A DNA stretch of 64,000 nt from an uncultured Chloroflexia bacterium (GTDB taxonomy: Bacteria > Chloroflexota > Limnocylindria > Limnocylindrales > CSP1-4). A program made the translations under genes and the position numbers. Below the pieces are notes generated by a model, which was not told the DNA's origin, searched no databases, and saw only the letters and a program-made list of their open reading frames with translations. Within the stretch, counting starts at the first letter, position 1; every line of letters starts with the position of its first letter. Of this stretch, positions 1 through 8,189 are shown piece after piece. Location: the NCBI GenBank assembly GCA_963813535.1, contig CAWEZH010000002.1, positions 1,952,001 through 2,016,000 on the forward strand, read 5' to 3'.

Positions 1-2026
1 CGGGTCGGCGTCGTCGCCGATCGCGCGGTCCGTCCAGGGTGCGCTCCGTCGACGGGCCGCGAGCCGGCAGGTCGACGACCCGTTCGAGATTCGGGTTGGG
101 GGCCGTGCGGTGCGGGATCGCCATGGCTTCGACGAAGTGCTCCTGGAACCGGGGCTCGACCGCCGTCTCGATCTTCTCGACCCGCCGCACGACCGACTCG
201 ATCTCGCGCCTGGCCTCGCCGGACAACAGGGCGATCAGCGCGCCCGTTCCGGCGGCGTTACCGGCAGCTCGCACACGACCGAGGTCGCAATCGGGCACGA
301 GGCCCAGCACCATCGCGTGGAGCGGGTCGATCTGGCTGCCGAACGCCCCGGCCAGCCGGACCTCGTCGACCGTGTCGCTTCCGAGCTGATCCATCAGCAG
401 GCGGGCACCGGCGTACAGGGCGGCCTTGGCGAGCTGGATCGCCCGGACATCGTTCTGGGTGATGACGATGCGTGGACCGCCTTCGGCGGCATCGTGCAGG
501 ACGTAGCTGAACGTCCGTCCGTCGGCGACGATCCGCGGTGTCCGGGCGGCGACCGCGCCGTCGATCACGCCGTCGGCGGTGATCACGCCCGCCAGGAAGA
601 GCTCGGCGATCACTTCGATGATGCCGGATCCGCAGATGCCGGTGATGCCGGCGCCGGCAGTCTCAAGCGCATCGCCGAAGGCGGGCTCGTCGGACCAGGC
701 ATCGACACCGATCACCCGGAAGCGGGGCTCGAGCGTCGACCGGTCGACACGCACGCGTTCGATCGCACCCGGGGCCGCGCGCTGACCCGAGCTGATCTGG
801 GCGCCCTCGAACGCCGGGCCGGTCGGGCTGCTCGCGGCCAGCAGCCGGTCCCGGTTGCCGAGCACGATCTCGGCGTTCGTGCCGACGTCGACGATCAGCG
901 TGATGGCTTCGGCTTCGTGCGGCTCTTCCGCGAGGATCACGCCGGCCGTGTCCGCGCCGACGTGACCGGCGATGCACGGCAGGACGTAGACGCGGGCGCC
1001 GGGATGCGCGTAGACGCCGAGCTCGGCGGCGGTCGTGGTGACCGCCGTATCGGTGGCGAGCGCGAACGGCGCGGAACCGAGTGGCGTCGGATCGATACCC
1101 AACAGCAGGTGATGCATGATCGGGTTCCCGACGATCGCCAGCTCGAGGATGTCGAGCCGCTTGGTGTCGCTCTTGTTGGCCAGCGCAGCAAGCAATCCAT
1201 CGAGCGCCTTGCGCACGGCCGTCGTCAGTTCGACGTCGCCACCGTCGTGCATCATCACGTACGAGACCCGGCTCATCAGGTCCTCGCCGAACCGGATCTG
1301 CGGGTTCATCACCCCGGCGCTGGCGAGGATCTCGCCGCTCAGGAGGTTCACGAGGTGGCCGGCGATCGTCGTCGACCCCACATCGATCGCGACCCCGAGC
1401 GCGCGGTCATGGAAGCCCGGCCAGACGGCGATCACGTCGCGGCCACCGTGGACGGCCACCGTCACGCGGTAGGAGCCGGCCGTCAGTGTCGACTGCAACG
1501 CGCGGATGACCGACAGGTCGGCGCGAAGATCGTCGAGGCCCCACTCGCGGCGAAGCGCCTCGAAGAGGCGCCCGAGGTCGCCGGTCGGCGTGGCGAGATC
1601 GGGCTCGGTGACATCGACGGTGTGGAGCCGCACGACCGGGTCCATCTCGAATGCCCGTGCGGCGAGGTCCTTGCGGATGATCTGCCGATGGACCTGGCTT
1701 TCCGGTGGGACGTCGATCAGCGCGTCGCCGAGCACTGCGGCCGTGCACGACAACCGCCGGTCCTCGGCCAGGCCCTGCTCCTCGCGGTAGGCCGTCTCGA
1801 GCTGGCCGGGCTCCGCGATGTGGTCCGGCGCGGACGTGATCCCGTGCTTCGCGAATGAGCCGAAGACCGGCGTGACGGTGCATCGACCACAGACCCCACG
1901 GCTGCCGCAGACGGCATCGATGTCGACACCCAGCGAGCGAGCGGCGTCGAGGATCGTGGTCCCGGACGGCACGCGACCGCGTCGTCCGGAGGGCGTGAAG
2001 ATGACCTGCGGGTCCGCCACGGTCAC
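1..2026 (-). CDS. ASKHA-domain / RACo-type reductive activator of corrinoid proteins with N-terminal [2Fe-2S] domain (3' end runs off window)
   Basis: Hand translation from GTG 2026: MTVADPQVIFTPSGRRGRV...DAVCGSRGVCGRC (ferredoxin motif), DVGSTT, GNPIMHHLLLG, DVGTNAE, GAFGSQIDP, all checked in the same frame; absent from the ORF track because no stop lies in the window. Confidence 0.9.
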   Translation of the reverse strand, partial: MTVADPQVIFTPSGRRGRVPSGTTILDAARSLGVDIDAVCGSRGVCGRCTVTPVFGSFAKHGITSAPDHIAEPGQLETAYREEQGLAEDRRLSCTAAVLGDALIDVPPESQVHRQIIRKDLAARAFEMDPVVRLHTVDVTEPDLATPTGDLGRLFEALRREWGLDDLRADLSVIRALQSTLTAGSYRVTVAVHGGRDVIAVWPGFHDRALGVAIDVGSTTIAGHLVNLLSGEILASAGVMNPQIRFGEDLMSRVSYVMMHDGGDVELTTAVRKALDGLLAALANKSDTKRLDILELAIVGNPIMHHLLLGIDPTPLGSAPFALATDTAVTTTAAELGVYAHPGARVYVLPCIAGHVGADTAGVILAEEPHEAEAITLIVDVGTNAEIVLGNRDRLLAASSPTGPAFEGAQISSGQRAAPGAIERVRVDRSTLEPRFRVIGVDAWSDEPAFGDALETAGAGITGICGSGIIEVIAELFLAGVITADGVIDGAVAARTPRIVADGRTFSYVLHDAAEGGPRIVITQNDVRAIQLAKAALYAGARLLMDQLGSDTVDEVRLAGAFGSQIDPLHAMVLGLVPDCDLGRVRAAGNAAGTGALIALLSGEARREIESVVRRVEKIETAVEPRFQEHFVEAMAIPHRTAPNPNLERVVDLPARGPSTERTLDGPRDRRRRRP

Positions 2027-2144
2027 GGTCGGGGCCACGGGCCCGCGGTCAGCTACTGGCCGGGACGTCGAGCCCCGGGACGTCCACACCCGGCACGTCG
2101 GCTGAGCGTTCCGGCGCGGCGCCGTTCGACGCTGGACCACGGCG

Positions 2145-3026
2145 TCAATTCACGCGGCGGCGGCCGGCCTCGCCCTCGGCCGGCTCCACCCGGAACTGGC
2201 GGATCCAGCGGGCGGCGTCGCGATCGTTGCCCATCAGGACATCGCTCGCCATGACCGCCGTGCGCACACCCTCCGAGATCGGGTTGGTGATGGCCGAGGT
2301 CAGTCCCGAGGCGATCGCCATGTTGAGGAACGCGCCGTTGATGCCCTCGCGGTTCGGCAGGCCGAAGCTGACGTTCGACGCCCCGCAGGTGGAATTCACC
2401 CTCAGCTCGTCGCGCAGGCGCCCGAGGATCCGGAACACCTGGCGGCCGGCACCGGCCAGCGCACCGATCGGCATGAGCAGCGGGTCAACCACGATGTCCT
2501 CGCGCGGGATGCCATGATCGGCGGCCCGCTCGACGATGCGCTTGGCGACGGCGAAGCGGACGTCGGGATCCATGCTGATGCCGGTCTCGTCGTTGCTGAT
2601 GGCGACGACCGCGCAGCCGTACTTCTTGACGAGCGGCAGCACCCGCTCGAGCCGCTCCTCTTCGCCCGTCACGCTATTGAGCAGCGGCTTGCCCTGGTAC
2701 ACGGCCAGGCCGGCCTCGAGCGCCTCGACGATCGACGAGTCGATCGATAACGGGAGGTCCGTGAGCGATTGGACGAGCTGGATGGTCTTGGCGAGGATCG
2801 CCGGCTCGTCTGCCAGGGGGATGCCCGCATTGACGTCGAGCATCTGCGCGCCGGCCTCGACCTGGGCGATCGTGTCGCGCTCGACGCGCGAGAAATCCCC
2901 GGCCGCCATCTCCTCCGCGAGCAGCTTGCGACCAGTCGGGTTGATGCGCTCGCCGATGACCACGAAGGGCCGGTCATCGCCGAAAACGACCTCCCGGGTC
3001 GCGGAGCTGACGATGGTCCGCGTCAT
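2145..3026 (-). CDS. Methyltetrahydrofolate:corrinoid methyltransferase (pterin-binding, MetH/AcsE-like stand-alone domain)
   Basis: IGERINPTGRK, LDVNAG, PLSIDSS, LLNSVTGE, GASNVSFGLP motifs; lies in corrinoid operon. Confidence 0.92.
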   Translation of the reverse strand: MTRTIVSSATREVVFGDDRPFVVIGERINPTGRKLLAEEMAAGDFSRVERDTIAQVEAGAQMLDVNAGIPLADEPAILAKTIQLVQSLTDLPLSIDSSIVEALEAGLAVYQGKPLLNSVTGEEERLERVLPLVKKYGCAVVAISNDETGISMDPDVRFAVAKRIVERAADHGIPREDIVVDPLLMPIGALAGAGRQVFRILGRLRDELRVNSTCGASNVSFGLPNREGINGAFLNMAIASGLTSAITNPISEGVRTAVMASDVLMGNDRDAARWIRQFRVEPAEGEAGRRRVN

Positions 3027-3370
3027 GCGCCGGCCTTGCCCTGCGTCTCATCGTGCGCGGGCGGCAACGTCTCGGCGCCGTCGACGCCACCGGACTGGAT
3101 CAGCATCGCGAGGCGGTGCTTGTCGTAGTCGGCCTCGAGACGCTCGGCCTCGGCGGCGACCTCCTCGTCGATGTCGTCGCCGCAACGGCGTTGCGTCCGT
3201 CGCCACTCCTCGATGTAGTCGTTGTATGCGCGTTTGCCGGCTCGGCTGGCGGCCTTGTCGATGGCGACCTGGAAGCGCGGGTGCAGGACGATCTTGCTCT
3301 GCTTGCGGCCCTCGCGGGCGGTGACCTGCGCCGGGATGTCGCGCCACCAGATGACGGTCATCGTGCCCAT
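3023..3370 (-). CDS. 'Virulence factor' domain protein associated with split methionine-synthase/corrinoid clusters
   Basis: VIWWRDIPAQV...RFQVAIDKAA...YIEEWRR signature; 4-nt overlap with downstream gene. Confidence 0.8.
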   Translation of the reverse strand: MGTMTVIWWRDIPAQVTAREGRKQSKIVLHPRFQVAIDKAASRAGKRAYNDYIEEWRRTQRRCGDDIDEEVAAEAERLEADYDKHRLAMLIQSGGVDGAETLPPAHDETQGKAGA

Positions 3371-3373
3371 CGA

Positions 3374-4030
3374 TCAGCGACCCCCGAGCTCGATGAGCGG
3401 GACGACTGCCGGAGCGGGTCGCCCGGCCGCGACCGCAGCGATCGTGGTCCCGAGCTGGCCATAGCCGGTCGATCGCTGCTCGTAGCGGAGGCCGAGGCGC
3501 CGGGCGGCGCGTCGCGCGATCACTGCCAGCGCGGGGTCATCGGTCTGGGCGAGGTACACGAGCCGCTGATAGTTGCCGAAGTACTGGTGGCGCAGCTCGG
3601 GGTGCCGGTCGAGACCGAGACCCTTGATGACCAGCCGGTCGAAGTTGCGGGCGAGGAAATCGGTCAGGAAGAAGGTCCCCGGCTCGTCTTCGACCATCCG
3701 CGCGAATTCGGGGCTCGTCGCATAGAACTCGTAGCAATGCGCGCCTGCAAGGCGCTCGACGCCCTCCTCGGCGATGACGGGGTCGAGGAGGCCGCCGGTG
3801 CCGCAATCGGCATAGGCGACGAAGACGCGGTCGTAGCCGGCCCGCCGCCGGCGGATCCGTTCGCGGACGGCACCAGGGATCCCGCCCGGCCGGTTGTGGA
3901 GGGTCGCCGGCAGGCAGGTGATGTCGACGTTCGGCAGATCCTTCGTCAGCGCCACGAGCTCACGGGCGAGGGCCCCGCAGCCGACGACCAGGACCCGGGG
4001 CTCGCCCTTGTCAGGCCGGGACGCTGGCAC
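3374..4030 (-). CDS. DUF1638 family protein
   Basis: GCGALARE, CLPATLHNRP, YADCGTGG, GAHCYEFY, FFLTDFL motifs; start placed at GTG 4030 (uncertain). Confidence 0.82.
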   Translation of the reverse strand: MPASRPDKGEPRVLVVGCGALARELVALTKDLPNVDITCLPATLHNRPGGIPGAVRERIRRRRAGYDRVFVAYADCGTGGLLDPVIAEEGVERLAGAHCYEFYATSPEFARMVEDEPGTFFLTDFLARNFDRLVIKGLGLDRHPELRHQYFGNYQRLVYLAQTDDPALAVIARRAARRLGLRYEQRSTGYGQLGTTIAAVAAGRPAPAVVPLIELGGR

Positions 4031-4718
4031 GCGCTCGTCGCTCGTCGATGAGCCGGCGGGCCGTCTCAGCGGCGACGCCGGCGTCCCGGCAGTAGGCGTC
4101 GGCACCGACCGCCATCCCGAACTCCTCGTTCAGCGGCGCTCCGCCGACCAGCACGATGTAGTCGTCCCGGATCTCGCGATCCTTGAGCGTCTGGATGACG
4201 ACCTTCATGTACGGCATCGTCGTCGTGAGGAGGGCCGACATCCCGAGGATGTCCGGCTTGTGCTCGGTGAGGGCGTTGATGAACTTGTCGGCATCGGTGT
4301 TGATGCCGAGATCGACCACCTCGAAGCCGGCACCCTCGAGCATCATCCCGACAAGGTTCTTGCCGATGTCGTGGATGTCGCCCTTGACCGTCCCGATGAC
4401 GACCTTGCCGACCGGCTCCGCGCCGGTCTCGGCGAGCAGTGGGCGAAGGATGGCCATGCCAGCCTTCATCGCGTTCGCCGCGAGGAGGACCTCGGGGACG
4501 AAGAGGATCCCGTCGCGGAAGTCGATGCCGACGATCTTCATGCCGGCGACCAGCGCGTCGTCGAGCACCTTCGTCGCGGAGAACCCGCGTTCGAGCAGGA
4601 TGTTGGTCCCCTCGACGATCTCGTCCTTCATGCCGTCGTAGAGGTCGTTGTGCATCTGCTCGACAAGCTCGTCGTCGGACAGGCTCTTGAGGTCGATGTC
4701 CTGATAGTCGTCGGTCAT
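4011..4718 (-). CDS. Corrinoid (B12-binding) protein, MetH cap + cobalamin-binding domains
   Basis: LFVPEVLLAANAM cap; GTVKGDIHDIGKN (DxHxxG); SALLTTT; VGGAP. Confidence 0.95.
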   Translation of the reverse strand: MTDDYQDIDLKSLSDDELVEQMHNDLYDGMKDEIVEGTNILLERGFSATKVLDDALVAGMKIVGIDFRDGILFVPEVLLAANAMKAGMAILRPLLAETGAEPVGKVVIGTVKGDIHDIGKNLVGMMLEGAGFEVVDLGINTDADKFINALTEHKPDILGMSALLTTTMPYMKVVIQTLKDREIRDDYIVLVGGAPLNEEFGMAVGADAYCRDAGVAAETARRLIDERRARASVPA

Positions 4719-4765
4719 CTGTGTAGCGCTCCGGTCCCGAAGGCGGGGATGGGATCGGCGGGAGG

Positions 4766-4801
4766 GGTTCCACATCGTGGAACCGTGCCGTATGATGGAA
4801 C
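4766..4801. promoter_or_regulatory. Tandem palindromic operator, probably for the adjacent IclR regulator
   Basis: Perfect GGTTCCAC-ATC-GTGGAACC (4766-4784) followed directly by a degenerate copy GTGCCGT-ATG-ATGGAAC (4785-4801) overlapping a TATGAT -10-like hexamer, between divergent genes. Confidence 0.8.
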
Positions 4802-4825
4802 CCGCGACCACGAATGTAGCCGGAA

Positions 4826-5587
4826 GTGGAGCCAGTGTCCAGCGTCCAATCCATCAGACGGGCTTTCGCCGTGCTCGACGCCCTCGACGAAGGGCCGCTC
4901 GGCGTGACCGACGTCGCCGATCGAGCTGCCCTGCCGAAGTCCACGGCGGCTCGCCTCCTGGCCACGCTCGTCGGCGAGGGCGCGGTCGAGCAGGTCCCGG
5001 GCGAGACCTCGTACCGGCTCGGCCCGCGGTTGGTGACGCTGGCCGGCGGGTTCAGCCTCGTTCGCTCGCTCGCGGCGGTGGGCCGCCCGGTGCTCGCGGA
5101 TCTCGCGGCCGCGTCAGGCGAGGCGGCTGGGCTGGGGGTCCCTGACGGCGACCTCATCCACTACATCGACCAGGTCGACACGCCCAACCCCGTCGTCGTC
5201 CGTGACTGGACCGGCGCGCGAGCACCCTTGCACGCCGTCTCCTCCGGGCAGGTCCTGCTCGCGTTCCGCACGCCGGCCGGCATCGAGCGCTATCTCGCCC
5301 AGGCGTCGCTCGAGCGGTTCACCCCACGCACGTTGTCGGACCCCGAGACCGTCCGCGAACGTCTGCGGGACGTGCGTCGGCGTGGCTTCGCGTGGGCGAT
5401 CGAGGAGTTCGACGCCGGGATCGCGTCGGTCGCGGCGCCGATCGCGGACGCATCGGGTGAGGTCATCGCCGCGGTCCATATCCACGGGCCGTCGTACCAA
5501 TTCCCGCCGGCGGAGCGCGAGGCTGAGCTCTCGCAGCTGGTCGTGACGGGGGCCGCGCGCATCGCGGCGGGTTTGCGCGAAGGCTAG
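4826..5587 (+). CDS. IclR family transcriptional regulator
   Basis: VQSIRRAFAVLDAL...LPKSTAARLL HTH; PLHAVSSGQVLLA; RRRGFAWAIEE...SVAAPI. Confidence 0.95.
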   Translation: MEPVSSVQSIRRAFAVLDALDEGPLGVTDVADRAALPKSTAARLLATLVGEGAVEQVPGETSYRLGPRLVTLAGGFSLVRSLAAVGRPVLADLAAASGEAAGLGVPDGDLIHYIDQVDTPNPVVVRDWTGARAPLHAVSSGQVLLAFRTPAGIERYLAQASLERFTPRTLSDPETVRERLRDVRRRGFAWAIEEFDAGIASVAAPIADASGEVIAAVHIHGPSYQFPPAEREAELSQLVVTGAARIAAGLREG

Positions 5588-5597
5588 CGGGGGCGGT

Positions 5598-5918
5598 TCA
5601 CTCGGTCGTCGCCGGACCCACCGGTTCGAGATCGATGGTCCGGACCTGGCGCGTCTTGCCGGCCTCGGTCCGCACCACCGCCGACGGGATCACCCCGTTC
5701 GACATGCGCTCGATGACGGCGACCTCCCCGGCATATAGGCCGTTGCCGGCGATGCGCACCCGCCCTCCGACGGCAAGGCCCGTGCGGCCCTTGCCCGCGC
5801 TCGTGTCGATGATGGCGACGGTGGGGCGAACGTAGGGCACGTCGTCCGGCAGCCCGGTGGGCGGCGGGGGTCGATTGGCGGTCTTGGCAGGCGGGTAATT
5901 GACTTTCCGTTTGGGCAC
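5598..5918 (-). CDS. Hypothetical protein with C-terminal KOW/SH3-like beta domain
   Basis: Strong AGGAGG RBS before GTG; VGGRVRIAGNGLYAGEVAVIER resembles a KOW motif. Confidence 0.7.
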   Translation of the reverse strand: MPKRKVNYPPAKTANRPPPPTGLPDDVPYVRPTVAIIDTSAGKGRTGLAVGGRVRIAGNGLYAGEVAVIERMSNGVIPSAVVRTEAGKTRQVRTIDLEPVGPATTE

Positions 5919-5945
5919 TAGTCCTCCTGTTAGTCCGTTCTTCCT

Positions 5946-6317
5946 CTACTCCGGTTCGTCCGACTTGATGGCGCGCTTGGCCTTCGATGCCTTGGCCTCG
6001 ACGTCCGCCGCGAGCTCCGCAGCTTCCGCCTGGACGTCGTCGAGGGAGCCGGCGACGGCATCGGTCCCGTTGCCGCCGGTGATGTTGGACCGGACTTCGT
6101 CCACCTGGGCCGTCACATTCGTTTTGACGTCTTCGACCTGGGTTGCCACCTTGGTGCGGACGTCCTTAGTGCGCACGTCGATCTCGTCGCCGAGCTCTCC
6201 GAGCTTGCGGTCGACCCGGTACTTGTCCCGGAACTCCGAGCCGGCTCGAGACATGTACCAGGCAGCGGCTCCGGCCGCCACCACGATGCCGGCGATCATG
6301 CCACTGATGAAGCCCAT
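5946..6317 (-). CDS. YtxH-like small membrane-anchored helical protein
   Basis: N-terminal GFISGMIAGIVVAAGAAAWY followed by RAGSEFR and amphipathic repeats; GGAGGTG RBS. Confidence 0.65.
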   Translation of the reverse strand: MGFISGMIAGIVVAAGAAAWYMSRAGSEFRDKYRVDRKLGELGDEIDVRTKDVRTKVATQVEDVKTNVTAQVDEVRSNITGGNGTDAVAGSLDDVQAEAAELAADVEAKASKAKRAIKSDEPE

Positions 6318-6418
6318 CGGGTCACCTCCCTCTCACCGCGGGTCGGCCAGTTCGGATGGACACATACGACCGCGTCGGACCGAGTGTACTGCCGTCGGGT
6401 CATGTGCCCGTCAGGTGG

Positions 6419-7420
6419 TCAACCGGTGTCTTTCAGGCGGCGCACCTCCGCTGTGATCGCGGGCACGACGGCGTGGACGTCACCGATGACGGCGTAGCTG
6501 GCGCGCTTGAAGATCGGTGCATCTGGATCGGTGTTGATGACGAGGATCCGCTTGGCGGCTTTCGCGCCGACGATGTGCTGGATCGCCCCGCTGATCCCGC
6601 AGGCGATGTACAGGTCCGGTGCGATGCGGGTACCGGTCTGCCCGATCTGCTGGGCATGGGGCCGCCAGCCGAGACTGGTGGCCACGCGCGACACGCCGAC
6701 GGCAGCCCCGAGCAGCGACGCCAGCTCATCGAGCATGGCGAACGCCTCGCCGCTCCCGAGCCCTCGACCCCCGCCGACGACGACCTTGGCATCCGCCAGC
6801 GACACCCGGTCGGCCGCGGTGGCGTCCCGACCGACGACCCGCGCTCGAAGATCCGCATCCGTGAGCGCCGGCGCGACTCGGATGACGGTCGGAGCAGGCG
6901 CCCCGGCGCTCGCGGCACGGGCCGGAACGACATGCGGGGCGACCGTCAGGAGGCGCGGCCGTCCGTCGAGGAACGCGTCCTCGAGCAGGCTGCCAGCCCA
7001 GCGCTGACGGGTGATCCGCCATGGATCGCCAGGCTCCGCGCTGACCACGTTGGCCGCCATCGGCTGGCCGGTCCGTGCCGCGACATGGGCCAGGACCTCG
7101 GTGGCGCGATCGCTCCCGGGCGCCACGACGGCGTCATATGACCCATCGACGACGATGCCGGCGACGGCAGCGGCCCAGGCTGCCGGGGCGAACGCGGCCA
7201 AACGGTCATCGGCGACCAGGTGGACCGACGCGACCCCGTATCCGCCCAACCCGGCGGCCGCGGTCTCGGCCTCGGAGGCCGCCTCCCCACCAGCGACCAC
7301 GACCGCGTCGACGTCGCAACCGAGCTGCTCCGCGAGCCCACCGGCAAACCCGAGCGCCTCCGCGCTCAGCCGGTCCGGAGCGTTTCCGGCGGTCTCGACC
7401 AGGACGAGGATCCCGCTCAC
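6419..7420 (-). CDS. etfA: Electron transfer flavoprotein subunit alpha
   Basis: VVVGGGRGLG, QIGQTG, PDLYIACGISGAIQH, INTDPDAPIF. Confidence 0.96.
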   Translation of the reverse strand: MSGILVLVETAGNAPDRLSAEALGFAGGLAEQLGCDVDAVVVAGGEAASEAETAAAGLGGYGVASVHLVADDRLAAFAPAAWAAAVAGIVVDGSYDAVVAPGSDRATEVLAHVAARTGQPMAANVVSAEPGDPWRITRQRWAGSLLEDAFLDGRPRLLTVAPHVVPARAASAGAPAPTVIRVAPALTDADLRARVVGRDATAADRVSLADAKVVVGGGRGLGSGEAFAMLDELASLLGAAVGVSRVATSLGWRPHAQQIGQTGTRIAPDLYIACGISGAIQHIVGAKAAKRILVINTDPDAPIFKRASYAVIGDVHAVVPAITAEVRRLKDTG

Positions 7421-8181
7421 AGGATGCCGATCTCGCGCAGGATCTCGACGACGCGTGGCGCCGCCTCCGGACCGTGGCCGAGGACCTCGACGTGGGCCTC
7501 CTGTTCGACCGGCAGCTTGAGCTGCTCGAGGGTCGGGCCGCCGGCGGCACGAGCGGGTTCGATCCGCTCGATCTCCTTCTTCTTGGCTCGGAGCCGGCCG
7601 GGGACCGACGGATAGCGCGGCAGGTTGATCCCCTCTCGGACGCCGACCACCGCCGGCAGCGGCAGCTCGTAGACGTCGAAGCCTTCGGGCACCTGTCGCC
7701 GGGCGGTCGCCACGCCATCACGCACCTCGAGCGCCTTGATGCCGGTGACCATCGGCCGGTCGAGTGCGACGGCGAGGCGGATCCCGACCTGGAAGCCACC
7801 CGAGTCGGCGGACTCGTTGCCGACGAGGATCAGGTCGAACGGGCCGTCGGCCGCTTCCAGGTGGCGGACCGCATCGGTCAGCGCGGTCGAGGTCGCCATC
7901 GGGTCCCAATCGGCCCCGTCGGTCTCGAGCAGGACGGCGCGGTCGATGCCGATGGCCAGCGCGTCGCGCAGCTGGTCGGCCGCCTCTGCTGGGCCGAGCG
8001 TCAGCACGACCGACTCGCCGCCGTTCGCCTCGATCAGGCGCACGGCCTCCTCGACCGCGCACTCCTCGTGGGGGCTGACGACGAACCCGAGGAACCGGGT
8101 GTCGATCGAACGCCCGTCGTCGGCGAGCACGATGCGTCCGCCGGTCGCCGGGACGCGCTTCACGAGCGCCAGGATGCGCAT
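7417..8181 (-). CDS. etfB: Electron transfer flavoprotein subunit beta
   Basis: MRILALVKRVP, ECAVEEAVRL, GNESAD, INLPRYPS; GTGA overlap with etfA. Confidence 0.95.
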   Translation of the reverse strand: MRILALVKRVPATGGRIVLADDGRSIDTRFLGFVVSPHEECAVEEAVRLIEANGGESVVLTLGPAEAADQLRDALAIGIDRAVLLETDGADWDPMATSTALTDAVRHLEAADGPFDLILVGNESADSGGFQVGIRLAVALDRPMVTGIKALEVRDGVATARRQVPEGFDVYELPLPAVVGVREGINLPRYPSVPGRLRAKKKEIERIEPARAAGGPTLEQLKLPVEQEAHVEVLGHGPEAAPRVVEILREIGIL

Positions 8182-8189
8182 CGACCGGG

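Noticed and set aside
110-1858. 582-aa plus-strand ORF and similar long ORFs (e.g. 24570-27440 minus, 10899-12836 minus, 16314-17933 minus)
   Set aside because: Antisense shadows of well-supported genes, expected in high-GC DNA; no recognisable motifs
2145-2147. TGA as selenocysteine or evidence of an alternative genetic code
   Set aside because: TGA is the normal stop in many ATGA/GTGA overlaps here; context is an Arg-rich tail, not a redox motif
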